A stretch of DNA of 64,000 bases from the human T2T-CHM13v2.0 reference genome, Homo sapiens, in NCBI RefSeq assembly GCF_009914755.1, contig NC_060926.1; one strand, written 5' to 3'. Below, piece after piece: positions 51,379-64,000 of this stretch (positions are counted from its first letter, which is position 1; the number at the start of each line of letters is the position of its first letter). Under the pieces are notes generated by a model, which saw only the letters and a program-made list of their open reading frames with translations, did no database searches and was not told where the DNA came from. Both the position numbers and the translations under genes were made by a program.

Positions 51379-53690
51379 CAGGCATATGCCATTTTATTGT
51401 ACTTCGTAGCATTTGTTCAACAGCATGTGCTTGCTTTGTGTCTCTGGGTCACATTTTGGTAATTTTAGCAATATTTCAAACTTTTTGTTAGTATTATATC
51501 TGCTATGGTGATCTGTTATCAGTGATCTCTGATGTTACTGTCATAATTGCTTGGAGCACCATGAGCTGGACTCATGTAGTATGGGAAACTGAATTAATAA
51601 ACATGTGTGTGTTTAGACTGATCCACCAACAACAGGTAGTTGCCCTCTGTCTCTTCTTCTCCTCAGGCCACCCTATTCTGAGACATAACAATATTGAAAT
51701 GAGGTCAATTAATAACTCCACAATGTCCTCTAAGTATACTCAGTGGCCCAGTTCAGGTTTTTGACTTTGCTGCACAAAAGAATTTGAGAGTGAGTCCAAA
51801 GTAAAAGTAAGCAAGAGAGTTTATTACAAAGCAAAAGTACACTCTGATGGCTGCTCAAAGTGGGATGCTCAAAGGTGAGACAGCACCAACTGACACTTGG
51901 GAAACTCTCCTTATGGGAGTCTTACATGATTCTTCATGAAGGGGTGGGAAGAAGTGCTGCTATTAAGCATATTCTGGGTGGTCTGCTGGCAGCACATGTG
52001 CTGTGGCTGTAAATGCTAGTACATGTATCGCATGCCTCACTGGCATCTTAAATCTCCACCCAGGGGCATCTTTTTTACTATTATAGTGAGCATAGGTCAG
52101 CCCAAGGTAACTACTCATGAATTTCTGCACTTGTGTGAATCTGGGGATTTTCCCTTCTGTTCTTCCACCCCCTTGCTAAAGGATGGTCTAACCATGAACC
52201 CAGGATGTGGTTTGTGCACTGTCAGGTGGTTTGTTCTCTTCATCTGTTTAACAAGTTTATTCCCCTTTAAGGGAGGCTATGACCACCCTATCTAACCAAC
52301 CTCATAAGTACTCAAGTAAAAGGAAGAGGCACACATATCTCACTTAAATCACAAGCTGGAAATGATTAAACTTAATGAAAAAGCATGTTCAAAGCTGAGA
52401 TAGACTGAAAGCTAGGCCTCTTGTGCCAAGCAGTCAAGTTGTGAATGCAAAGGAAAAGATCCTGAAGAAAATTAAAGGTGCTACCTTAGTGAGCACATAA
52501 ATGACAGAAAGTGAAGTCATTTTATGGCTGATATGGAGGAAGTTTTGGTGGTCTGGACTGAAGATCAAACCAGCCACAAAATTCCCTTAAGCCAAAACCT
52601 AATCTAGAACAAGGCCTTAACTCTCTTCAGTTCTTTGAAGGCTGAGAGAAGTGAGGAACCTTCAGAAGAAAAGTTTGAAGCTAACAGAGGTTGGTTCATG
52701 AAGTTAAGGAAAGAAAATGTCTCCATAACATAAAAGTGCAAGGTGAAGCAGCAAATGCTGACATAGAAGCTGGAGCAAGAGATCCAGAAGATCTAGCTAA
52801 GATCATTGATGAAGGTGGCTACACTAAACAACAGGTTTTTAATGTAGATGGAACAGCTTTATATTGGAAAAAGAGGCCATCTAGGACTTTCATAGCTAGA
52901 GAAGAGAAGTCAGAGACTGGCTTCAAAGCTTTAAAGGACAAGCTGACTTTCTTGTTGGGGGCTAATGCAGCTGGTGACTATAAGTTGAAACCAACACTCA
53001 TTTACCATTCCCCAAATCCGAGGACCCTTAAGAATTATGCTAAATCTATTCTCCTTGCATGTGCTCTATGAATGGAGCAACAAGGCCTGTATGACAGCAT
53101 ATATGTTTACAGTATGGTTTGCTGAATATTTTAAGCTGACTGTTGAGACCTACTGCTTAGAAAAAAAATATTCCTTTAAGAATATTATTGATCATTGACA
53201 ATGTTCCTGGTGACCCAAGAGCTATGATGGAGATGCACAAGGAGATCAATGTGTTTCTTGTCTGCTAACACAACGTTCATTCTGCAGCCCATAAATCAAG
53301 GAGTAATTATTACTTTCAAGTGTTATTATTTAAGAAATACATTTCATAAGGCTATAGGTATAATTCCTCTGATGTACCTGAGCAAAGTAAATTGAAAACT
53401 TTCTGGAAAGGATTAACCATTCTAGGTGCCATTAAGAAGATTTGTGATTCATGGCAAGGAGTCAAATATCACCATTAATAGGATTTTGGAAGAAGTTAGT
53501 TCCAACACTCATTGAAAACTTCAGGAGTTTCAAGACTTCAATGGAGGAAGTAACTGCAGATGTGGTGGGAATAGCAAAAGAACTAGAATTAGAAGTGGAG
53601 CCTGAAGTTGTAACTGAATTTCTGTAATCTTATGGTTAAACTCGAACTGATGAGGAGTTGCTTCTTATGGATGAGCAAATAAAATACGTT
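51379..53690 (+). mobile_element. Tigger1 DNA transposon (pogo-like), transposase pseudogene; right end missing
   Basis: TA followed by left TIR caggcata; ORF 52691..53071 ([23 protein letters not shown]...[10 protein letters not shown]...LLGANAAGD) is Tigger DDE transposase, with frameshifts and stops. Confidence 0.95.
51735..52304 (-). mobile_element. ERV1 (MER4-group, LTR29/MER66-like) solo LTR inserted in Tigger1
   Basis: 570-bp insert with 4-bp TSD taag; the minus strand starts TGAGGTTGGTTAGATAGGG and has AATAAA near 51820. Family name uncertain. Confidence 0.75.
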
Positions 53691-53694
53691 TTTC

Positions 53695-56600
53695 CTCTTA
53701 AAAATTTTTTTGGGTACATAGTAGCTATATATATTTATGGGGTACATGAGATATTTGATACAGACATACAATGTATAATAATTACATCAGGGTAAATGGG
53801 GTATTCATCACCTCAAGCATTTATTCTTTCTTTGTGTTAGAAACAATCCAGTCATCTTTTTGTTATTTAAAAATATACAATAAATTATTGTTGCCTGTAA
53901 TCACCTATTATGCTATCAAATACTAGATCTTATTCATTCCACCTGACTATATTTTTGTACCCATTAGCCATCCCCACTACCCTTCTCAGCCTCTGGTAAC
54001 CATCATCCTACTGTCTGTCTCTATGAGTTCGATTATTTTAAATTTTTAGCTCCTACCAATAATTGAGAACATGCAAAGGTTTTCTTTATGTGCCTGGCTT
54101 ATTTCACTTAACATAATGACCTCCACTTCCATCCATGTTGTTGCAAATGATTGATAGAATCTCATTTTTTTAATGGCTAAATGGGACTCTGCTGTGTATA
54201 TGTACCATATTTTCTTTATCCATTTGTCTGTCAATAGCCACATAGGTTGATTCCAAATCTTGGTTATTGAGAATAGTGCTGCAACAAACATGGGGGTGCA
54301 GGTATCTCTTTGATATAATAATTTCTTTTCTTTTGGGTATATATACCTAGCATTGGGATTGCTGGATAATATGGTAGTTCTATTTTTAATTTTTGAGAAA
54401 ACTCAAAACTGTTCTCCATAGTGATTGTACTAATTTACATGCCCACCACCAGTGTATGACAATTCCCTTTTCTGCACAATCTTGCCAGAGTTTGTTTTTG
54501 CCTGTTTTTTGGATAAAAAACCATTTTAACTGGGATGAGATGATGTCTCATTGTAGTTTTGATTTGCATTCCTCTGATGATCAGTGATATTGAGCAGCTT
54601 TTCATATACCTGTTTGCCATTTGCATGTCTTCTTTTTGGGAAATATCTATTCAAGTCTCTTGCTCATTTTTAAATCTGATTATTAAATTTTTTCTTATTG
54701 TTTCAGCTCCTTATATATTCTGACTATTAATCCTTTGTCAGATGGGTAGCTTACAAATATTTTCTCTAATTCTGTGGGTGGTTCTCTTCACTTTTTTGAT
54801 CATTTATTTGCTGTGCAGAAGCTTTTTAACTTGATGTTATCCCATTTGTCCATTTTCACTTTGTTTGCCTGTGCTTGTGGGGTATTACTGAAGGAATCTT
54901 CACCTAGTTCAGTATCCTGGACAGTTTCCCCAGTGTTTTCTCTATGAGTTTTACAGTTTGATGTCTTAGATTTAAGTCTTTAATCCATTTTGATTTGAGT
55001 TTTATATATGGCAAGAGATAAGGGTCTAGTTTCATTCTTCCGCATGTGGATATCCAGTTTCCCCAGCATTATTTATTGAAGAGACTGTCTTTTCCCCAGT
55101 GTATTGCTCTTGGCACCTTTGTAGAAAATGAGTTCACTGTAGGTGTGTAGATTTCTCTGTGGGTTCTCTATTCTGCTCCATTAGTCTATGTGTCCATTTT
55201 TATGCCAGTATCATGCTGTTTTGGTTACTATAGGTTACTATAGCTCTGCAGTATAATTTGAAGTCAGGTGATGTGATTCCTCCAGTTTTGCTCATTTTGC
55301 TCAGAATGCTTTTGGCTATTCTGAGTCTTTTGTAATTCTATATAAATGTTAAGATTGCTTTTTCTATTGCTGTGAAGAATTTCATTGGTATTTTGACAGG
55401 GATTGTGTTGAATCTGCAGATTGCTTTGATTAGTATGAACATTTTAACAATATTGATCCTTCCAATCCTTGCACATGGAATATCTTTCCATTTTTTTAGT
55501 GTCCTGTTCAATTACCTTCAATGTTTTATAGTTTTCTTTGTAGAAATCTTTCACTTTGGCAACTTTATTCCTAGGTATTTTATTTTATTTGTAGTTATTG
55601 TAAATGGGATTACTTTCTTAATTTCTTTTTCAGATTTTTCACTGTTGGCATATAGAAATGCTACAGATTTTAGTATGGTGATTTTGTGTATTGCAACTTT
55701 ACTGAATTTATCAGTTCTAATGTTTATTTCTTGTTGGCGTTTTTAGTTTTTTTCAAACATAAGAACCCATCATCTGCAGGCAAGAATAATTTGCCATCTT
55801 CCTTTCCAATTTGGACGTGCTTTATTTCTTTCTGTAGTCTGATTGCTTTAGCTAGGACTTTCACAGCAATATTGAATAACAGTGGTAAAACTGAGCATTG
55901 TTTTCTTATTCCAGATCTTAGAGAAAAGGCTTTCAGTTTTTGCCCATTCAGTGATACTATGTGTCTGTTTCAAATGGCTTTTATTGCGTGGAGGTATGGT
56001 CTTTCTATTCTTTGTATTTTGAGTGTTTTTAACATGAAGGGATGCTGAATTTTATCAAATGCTTTTTCAGCATCAGTTGAAATAATCTTGTGGTTTTTAT
56101 CCTTCACTCTGTTCATATGACATATCACATTGATTTGTGTATGTTGAACTATTCTTGTATTCCTTGGATAAGTCACACTTAGTCATGATGAATAATCTTT
56201 TTAATGTATTGTTAAATTTAGTTTGCTAGTATTATGAGGATTTTTGCATAAGTGTTAAACAAAAATATTGGCCTACAGCTTTCTTTTTTTTTGATGTGTC
56301 TTTGCCTGGTTTGGTATCAGGTTAATATTGGCCTCATAGAATGAGTTTGGAAGTATTGCCTCTATTTTTCAGAATAGTTTGAGTAGTTTTGGTATTAGTT
56401 CTCTTTTAAATGTTCAGTAAATATCAGCAGTGAAGCCTTCAGGTCTGTGGCTTTTCTTTACAGGGAGACTTTGTGTTACAGCGCCAATCTCATTACTTGT
56501 TACTGATCTGTTCAGATTTTGGACTTCTTCCTGGTTCAATCTTGGTAGGTTGGTTATCTAGCAACCATTTATCCATTTCTTCTAGGTTTTTCCAATTTGT

Positions 56601-56770
56601 TGGCATATAGTTGCTTATCTTAACCTCTAATAGTCCTTTAAACTTCTGTTTTGTGAGTTGTAATGTTTCCTCTTTCATCTCTGATTTTATTTGGATCTTC
56701 TCTCTTTTTTTCTTAGTTCTGTGGGCTAAAGATTAATCAATTTTGTTTATTTTTTTTAAATCAACTTTTT
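53695..56770 (-). mobile_element. L1MA (MA2/3-like) 3'UTR and ORF2, truncated
   Basis: ORFs 54046..54291 (FATTWMEVEVIMLSEISQ) and 55970..56176 ([18 protein letters not shown]). Confidence 0.92.
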
Positions 56771-56913
56771 AGACTGATTTGAGTAATAATAAAACTCCAG
56801 TCTCTCACATGGCTGGCTCTGTGTGAATTGCTCTTTCTGTATTGCAATTTCCCTGTCTTAATAAGTTGGCTTTGTCTAGGCAGTGGGCAAGGTGAACCCA
56901 TAGGGTGGTTACA
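56771..56913 (+). mobile_element. 3' remnant (R/U5) of an LTR8-like 5' LTR
   Basis: agactgatttgagtaataataaaactcc...ggcaaggtgaacccatagggtggttaca matches the recalled LTR8 3' end. Confidence 0.8.
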
Positions 56914-56917
56914 AATT

Positions 56918-56934
56918 TGGGGCTCATCCAGGAT
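56918..56934 (+). other. Degenerate tRNA-Pro primer binding site
   Basis: tggggctcatccaggat versus TGGGGGCTCGTCCGGGAT, starting 5 nt after the LTR end. Confidence 0.8.
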
Positions 56935-58276
56935 TGCTCTTGTGGCTACCTGCTTGTGGTTCAGTAGCCCTGCCTCTGGTGATAGATCAGAGGCCAGTTG
57001 AAGTATCCACTTTGTACTGTTGGTCTTGGGGGCTCACTCTGATACTGTCTGTACTGGCAAGGTGCTGCCAACCCAATGTGCATGGATTTAATTGCAATAG
57101 AGAAATAGACCTGGGGAGACATCCCATAATTGTAACCCTATCACAGGATGTTTGTCTGTAGCTTCATGGCGAGGTTTATGTAACTGCAGCCCTATCACAT
57201 TGTGTCTGTCTGTAGGCTGGTCATAGGGTATCTGTCTGTAGTCCAGTCATGGAGTGTCTGTAGCTGTAGCCCCATTACAGGGTGTCTGTAATGAGTATCC
57301 TAGGTGCTGCCAATGCCTTCTTTCTTCTCCTGATTGGTTTGGGTCCTTAGGGGATCTTGGGTTTTCTGTAGCCCCATGGTGGGGTGTCTGTCTTAGTTCA
57401 GATCCTTCAGGGTTTTCAGTTGGCGCTCCCTAATTAGTAGGAAGAGTCTTGATTCAGGAGACTTTTCCTCAATCAGAAAGATTTCAGGGAGATTTCCAGA
57501 CAAAGAACAGGAGAATACTTAGAAAGGGATACTCTTAAAGTTCTTGGTTAGGGATCTTGATTTGGAAGGCCTTCTGTCCGTCTTGTCTTTGTGTGTGTTT
57601 GTATATGTGGAGGGGATCTCAAAAGGAATTGCTGATGGAAGTCCAGCAGGCCTAACTCAGAAAACCCTCCTTATTTGTCTGATCACATTCGGTGAGCTCT
57701 AAAGAAAGCTCAGCAGGCCTGACGAGGGGAGACTATCCACTCTTCGTCTTGCCCAGAGAGCACTCACTGAATTACCAGTTGGATCAAAACCAACAGGGAC
57801 CAATGGGAGAAAGTTTGAGACTTGCCACATCAGTACTGAGTGCTAAACAAGGTGACTAGTGTCTGTTTTGTTATGTGCATTTTGCTTTGGCTGGGATGGA
57901 AAATGCTAATTTTGTTCCCCATGCAGCTTTGGGCAGTATCTTGCAAAATTGAGAACCTTTTGCCTATGTTTCCATAAAACAGAAAAGGATGATTTTCTTT
58001 TTGAAGGTGGCTTGACCTCCATAGCTATGGCACAGTGAGCTGGGTCCTTCAAACGCTACTCCATTTTCCTGGAAGCTGCAGAGAAAAGGAGCCCAGAAAC
58101 CTGGTATACCAGCAAAATGTGTAAAAAATTCTTACAAGCCAAGTTCTGTGTGTGTATGTGTATGTGTGTGTGTGTGTAGGTGGTAAATGTCACTATTTGT
58201 CTCTTCTGCAAGTATCTGATTAATTGAAAAAAGGATTTGTGAGACTAGTCTTAGGCTGTAGCAAATCTGGTGCACT

Positions 58277-58353
58277 CTATTCTATGATACCCCTCTCCCC
58301 CTTATAGAAAGAATTTGTCTTTCTGTAATGGGGAGAGGGGTATCATAGAATAG
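58277..58353. repeat. Inverted repeat, 36-bp arms, 5-nt loop
   Basis: ctattctatgatacccctctcccccttatagaaaga-atttg-tctttctgtaatggggagaggggtatcatagaatag; 34 of 36 positions complementary. Confidence 0.97.
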
Positions 58354-60852
58354 TATGTGAGTTTAGGATCCCTGTAAGCCTGCTTTTCAAGCCAGCATGA
58401 CAGGCTGGTCAGTTATGAACTTTGCTGTGGGTGCCTGAAACCAATACCAGATGAAATTTCTCCATCTTGTTTTGTGTCCTTAAGAGCTTAACCTTGTGAC
58501 CATGTGGGGATACTTGTCGTGGTTTCACCATCCAGAGGACAGCAATTTGGGGGCTCATGTCATAGTCAGCCCTAGAAATTATCTTGAACAATTAAAAGCC
58601 TTTGCAAGCTTGAAACTGGCTGCTCTAGATTTCTGGGAAAAGCAATAGAAACTGCTCAATGCTGTGTAGCTCAGTAGCTAAGCCTTTATCTTTTGGTAAT
58701 GGTGGCCCAGGTTTAATTCTCAGCTTCTGGAATGATTCTATTCTGGCTTATTATTTGTGTAACTGCCATTTATTGAGCTTCCCACCCACACCCATCATGG
58801 ATAGCTTCTGATTTCCTGTCTTGAATTTTCCTTTCTCTGAACTATGCTTGAGGAGATTCCAAATCTAGAAAGAAAGAAAGAAAGGAAAAGGAAAAGGAAG
58901 GGAAAGGGGAAGGAAAGAAACTGCTTACTATATCTCTTTGAGACACCATATGCATCCATGGTTAAGCCATAATCTTAGTTAAAACTTATTAATTTCATGT
59001 GGGAAGTTACCTTTGATAGAATTCAAAAGGCAGAAATATTGACTGTCCTGGCTAGAAGTCTGGTAATAAGAGATTTTAGAAGATTTTTTAAAGAGAGCTC
59101 TATGGTTAAAATGTGCTTCATTAAAAATGGATATCCAAGCTATATGTATTTAGAAGGACTTAATTTTTTTCCTCCTGTTGAATCATGTTTTTCTGAAAAA
59201 AGTGTTTCTTCTCAGTCAGCTGAATTGTTTTTCTCCATTTTATCTTCTTGCCACTGTTGATGCCCACATGGGAGAACCTAAGATAATTATTAACAGCCTG
59301 GGACTCCTGGGGAAAAACAGAGGGGGCACCACAGACCCCATTCTGGGAAAAAATGTTTTCCTCATGGAACCCCAGGAATTGAAGGAAAATAAATCCCTCA
59401 AAATCTAAGGCTCTGTTCTGTTTTGCATTGCATTAGCTGATGGTTTTGACTTTTGGGATTATCGAAAATTACTTTGCGTTATGGGAGAGTTTTCAGTCTT
59501 GGTGTGTAATAACTAGGTAGAAAATATACTTTAAGGGATGGCTAATATCAGTTGTGGAGGTATATTTGACTCTTCACATGCTTGGATCAGAGAAGCATGC
59601 TCTTGGTCACCTGGGTGATATGCACACATCCCCACCCTCCACTGAGAGATGAGACACCAATGGGTGATGGGCTGATTACAAAATAGGCTGATTGGCTTTG
59701 GGTTGCCTGTAATGGAATGCATGGTAGAAGGACTGCACTATCTTCTCCCATAGGATTTCCCTCCTTCTGGGGGATCCAGGATCCAGGATCCAGTATAAAA
59801 TGGCACCCTTAATTCTAGGGATCTGTTTTACCTACCTTGGAGCATTAGATTCTAGATATGGCCTGGGGACATGTGGAGTTAACCTTGCCCCTAGCTATGC
59901 TGAAAGCAGTCAGACCTTATCTACACTTCTGTCTGATATTCTAGGCCCCACACCTGGTATATAATTAAACTTGTTTACTTATCAGATTTTTCATCAAAAA
60001 TAAAAGTTGCTAAGAGTTAACATTGTAACATGTAATTCAGACTACTGGAGAAACAGTTTTAACATACAACGTGTGTAAAGGAAGCAGAATGTGTTTTTGC
60101 AAGTAGACTATAAGAAGGCATGGGAATGTGGTTTTTGCCTGGTTTAGAAAGTTAGAGGATTGCTCTGATTTAAAATAAAGTTGAAGGTTTAGGCAAGGCT
60201 TGTGAAGGGTTGATCTTGCAAAGCATGTTCTGTGGGTATGAGCAAGTTGGATAAGATTTGAAGGGGATTATTTCATTTTTTTTTCATAGTCATTGAACAT
60301 TAAAATGAAAACACACTGATGCAGGGTGAGAATCTGAGCCCATGTACCTGAATAACAGGGTTTTCTTAGAAAATTGATCTGTTTAATGGAAAATTGTATA
60401 GGGTTCTAAAAGATTTATGAAAATCTTACATATGGTCAAATGAATTAAAATTGGATAGATTTATACAATTTTATTAAAAACTAGCATTATTATTAAAGAT
60501 GCACTAATGCAAACATGAAATTTGGTTTTCCCTCTTGAAAACTATTTTTATGTACTATTGAGAAAAAATGAAAGATTTTTGTTTGTTTTTAAAGTAAACT
60601 CCACAAAAATTGGGGGGAAGGGAACGAGAAGAGACAGATTCAGTTGGCCTCATGCTATCTACATTGGGTCTTGTTTGGAAAGCTGTCTCCTCTATCAGAG
60701 TAAAGGTTTTTCTTTTCTATCATTTTGGAGTTCTCATTTTGTTCAGATGAATGACTTATGATGACCTGGGATTCTATTTTGTGGTATCCAGTGTTTTAAA
60801 CCTTTGATATCTGACAAACTTCCCCAAATCAAATTATAAATTGTGTTTCTGA

Positions 60853-63800
60853 AGAGGGGCCAAGATGGCCAAATAGAAACAGCTCTTGTCTGCAGCTCCC
60901 ATTGAGACCAATGCAGAAGGTGGGTGATTTCTGCATTTCCAACTGAGGTACCAAGTTTATCTCACTGGTACTGGTTAGGCAGTGGGTACAACCCACGGAG
61001 TGTGAGCAGAAGCAGGGTGGGGTGTCACTTCACCTGGGAAGTCCAAGGAGCTCCCTCCCCCAGCCAAGGGAAGCCATGAAGGACTGTGCAACTAAGGCCA
61101 GATGCTACGCTTTTCCCATGGTTTTTGTCTGGAGATCAGGACTGGGGTTCCAGGTGCCACTGGGTACAAAAAATACCTTTGCAGCTAGCTTGGTGCCTGC
61201 CCAAACAGCCACCCAGTTTTGTGCTTGAAACCCAGGTGCCTGGTGGTGATCCTACACCTGGAACCCCAGCAAGACAGAACTGTTCACTGCCTTGGAAAGG
61301 GAGCTGAAGCCAGGGAGTCAAGTGGTCTCATTCAGTGGGTCCTGCTCCCATGGAGCCCAGCAAGCTAAGAACCACTGGCTTGAAATTCTCACTGCCAGCA
61401 GAAGTCTGGAGTCCACCTGGGATGATTGAGCTTGGTGTGGGGATGGGCATCCACCATTACTGAGGCTTTAGTAGGCTGTTTTCCCCTGACAGTGCTAAGG
61501 AGACTGAGAGGTCTGAAGTGGGCAGAATTTGTGTGGCAAAGCCGCTGTGACCAGACTGCTTCTCTAGATTCCTCCTCACTGCGCAGGGGATCTCTGAAGG
61601 AAATGCAGCAGCCCCAGTCAGGGGCCTACAGATAAAGCTCTCATCTTCCTGGGACAGGGAACCTGGGACAGAAAGGGACAGCTGTGGGCACAGCTTCCTC
61701 AGACTTAATTTTTCTTGCCTGGTAGCTCTGAAGAGAGCAGCTGATCCTGACAAGGAGGATTCTCGCAGCACAGCACACCAGCTTTGCTAAGGGACAGACT
61801 GCCTCCTCAATGGGTCCCTGACACCTGTGCCTCTTGACTGGGAGAGGCCTCCCAACAGGAGTTGCCAGACACCTCATACAGGAGAGCTCTGGCTGCCGTC
61901 AGGCTGGTGCCCCTCTGGCACAAAGCTCTCAGAGGAAGGATCAGGTAGCAATCTTTGCTGTTCTGCACCCTCCACTGGTATTACCCAGGTGAACAGTGTC
62001 TGGAATGGACCTTCAGCGAACTGCAGCTGACCTGAAGAAAAGGGGCCTGACTGTTCGAAAAAAACTAACAAACAGAAAGCAACAACAATATCAACAGAAA
62101 AGACCTCCCCCCCTCCCAACACACACAAACTCCATCCAAAGTTTATCAGCCTCAAAGATCAAAGGTGGATAAATCCATGAAGATGAGGAAAAACCAGTGC
62201 AAAAACACTGAAAATTCCAAAAACCAGAATGCCTCTTCTTCTTCAAATGATTGTAACTCCTCTCCAGCAAGGGCACAAAACTGGATGGAGAATGAGATTG
62301 ATGAATTGACAGAAGTAGGCTTCAGAAGGTGGGTAATAACAAATTCTTCTGAGCTAAAGGAGCATGTTCTAACCCAATGCAAGCAGGCTAAGAATCTTGA
62401 TAAAAGGTTACAGGAAATGCTAACTAGAATACACAGTTTAGAGAACAACATAAATGACCTGATGGAGCTGAAAAACACAGAATAAGAACTTCGTAAAGCA
62501 TACACAAGTATCAATAGCTTAATTGATCAAGCAGAAGAAAGAATATCAGAAATTGATGATCACTTTGCTGAAATAAAGTGTGAAGACAAGATTGGAGAAA
62601 AAAGGAAAAAAAAAATGAACAAAGCCTCCAAGAAATATGGGACTATGTGAAAAGACTAAACCTATGATGGATTGGTATGCCTGAAAATGACGGGGAGAAT
62701 GGAATCAACTTGAAAAACATACTTCAGGATATTATCCAGGAGAACTTCCCCAACCTAGCAAGACAGGCCAAAATTCAAATTCAGAAAATACAGAGAACAC
62801 CACTAAGATAGTCCTCGAAGAGATCAAGCCCAAGACACATAGTCACCAGGTTCTGAAAGGGTGAAACAAACGAAAAACTGTTAAGGGCAGCCAGAGAGAA
62901 AGATCAGGTCACCTGCAAAGGAAGCCCATCACACTAACAGTGAATCTCTCTGCAGAAAACCCACAAGCAAGAAGAGAGTGGGGGCTAATATTCAACATTC
63001 TTAAAGAAAACAATTTTCAACCCAGAATTTCATATCCAGCCAAACTAAGCTTCATAAGTGAAGGAGAAGTAAAACACTTTACAAACAAGCAAATGCTGAG
63101 GGATTTTGTCACCACCAGCCCTGCTTACAAGAGCTCCTGAAGAAAACACTAAATATGGAAAGGAAAAACTGGCACCAGCCACTGCAAAAACATCCCAAAA
63201 TATAAAGACCAATGACACCATAAAGAAACTGCATCAACTAATGTGCAAAATAACCAGCTGGCATCATGATGAAAGGATCAAATTCATACATAACAATGTT
63301 AACCTTAAATGCAAATGGGCTAAATACCTCAATTAAAAGACACATGCTGTTAAATTGGATAAAGTGTCAAGACCCATCACGGTGCTGTATTCAAGAGACC
63401 CATCTCACATGCAAAGACATACATAGGCTCAAAATAAAGGGATGGATGAATATTTACCAAGCAAATGAAAAGAGAAAAAAAGCAGGGGTTGCAATCCTAG
63501 TCTCTGATAAAACAGGCTTTAAACCAACAAAGATCAAAAAATAAAAAAAGCATTACATAATAGTAAAGGGATCAATGCAACAAGAGCTAACTATCCTAAA
63601 TAATATGCACCCAATACAGAAGCACCTAGATTCATAAAGTTCTTAGAGACCTACAGAGAGACTTAGATTCTCACATAATAATAGTGGGAAACTTTAACAC
63701 CCCACTGACAATATTAGGAAGATCGACAAAACAGAAAATTAGCAAGCATATTCAGGACTTGAAATCAACTCTGGATCAAGTGGACCTAACAGACACCTAC

Positions 63801-64000
63801 AGAATTCTCCACCCCAAATCAACAGAATATACATTCTTCTCAGTGCCATATGGCAGGTATTCTAATATCTACTACATAATTGGAAATAAAACATTCCTCA
63901 GCAAATGCAAAAGAATGGAAATCATAACTAACAGTCCCTCAGACCACAGTGCAATCAAATTAGAACTCAGGGTTAAGAAACTCACTCAAAACTGCACAAC
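60853..64000 (+). mobile_element. L1PA (about PA8-PA11) with complete 5'UTR, disabled ORF1 and ORF2 start; continues beyond the window
   Basis: Starts gaggggccaagatggcc; ORF1 MRKNQCKNTENSKNQNASS... with a premature stop at 62483-62485; ORF2 start 63266 (GSNSYITMLTLNANGLN...CCIQETHL). Confidence 0.95.

Larger units (their letters stand above)
56914..60850 (+). mobile_element. Non-coding ERV1 internal region (HUERS-P1/MER4-group-like)
   Basis: Follows LTR8 and the Pro PBS; MER4-group internal-like sequence with no recognisable gag/pol ORF. Confidence 0.7.

Noticed and set aside
52691-53071. Transposase ORF as a domesticated TIGD-like gene
   Set aside because: Frameshifts and stops on both sides, and the element is interrupted; an ordinary dead Tigger1.
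58867-58920. GAAA/GAAAG purine tract, plus (CA)n/(GT)n runs near 18160, 20375 and 58150
   Set aside because: Common short microsatellites.
59772-59792. ggatcca x3 and similar 10-bp slips at about 40804 and 55223
   Set aside because: Ordinary replication-slippage duplications inside dead repeats.
60853-62180. L1 antisense promoter/ORF0 as driver of the minus-strand exons
   Set aside because: The 5'UTR is CpG-depleted and from an older subfamily; I could not identify an intact ORF0.

Overview
Human genomic DNA (an AluYb8 insertion is human-specific), repeat-rich, with no recognisable host protein-coding exon. Most of the window is old and young LINE-1, Alu, ERV LTRs (two MER52, MER50, LTR41, LTR8 plus HUERS-P1-like internal sequence, another MER4-group LTR), Tigger1, MER5A and MIR/L2 relics, often nested several layers deep. 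The ORFs I can assign are decayed L1 or Tigger1 frames; the rest look like chance ORFs. Two repeat-poorer blocks (about 15.1-23.3 kb and 43.5-51.3 kb) contain several minus-strand exon-like segments with good splice sites and stops in all frames (possible lncRNA), a tandem NF-kB-like site and a cluster of short local duplications. Other oddities: an about 80-nt poly(A)-tailed retrocopy with TSDs, an L1PA2 with a 35-nt 3' transduction, a near-perfect 36-bp-arm hairpin inside an ERV, and a MER52 LTR that kept its CpGs, lost its poly(A) signal and gained a long G tract. Repeat subfamily names come from my recall of consensus sequences, not from a search. I found no convincing new protein-coding system; the best lead is a speculative LTR-driven antisense non-coding transcription unit.
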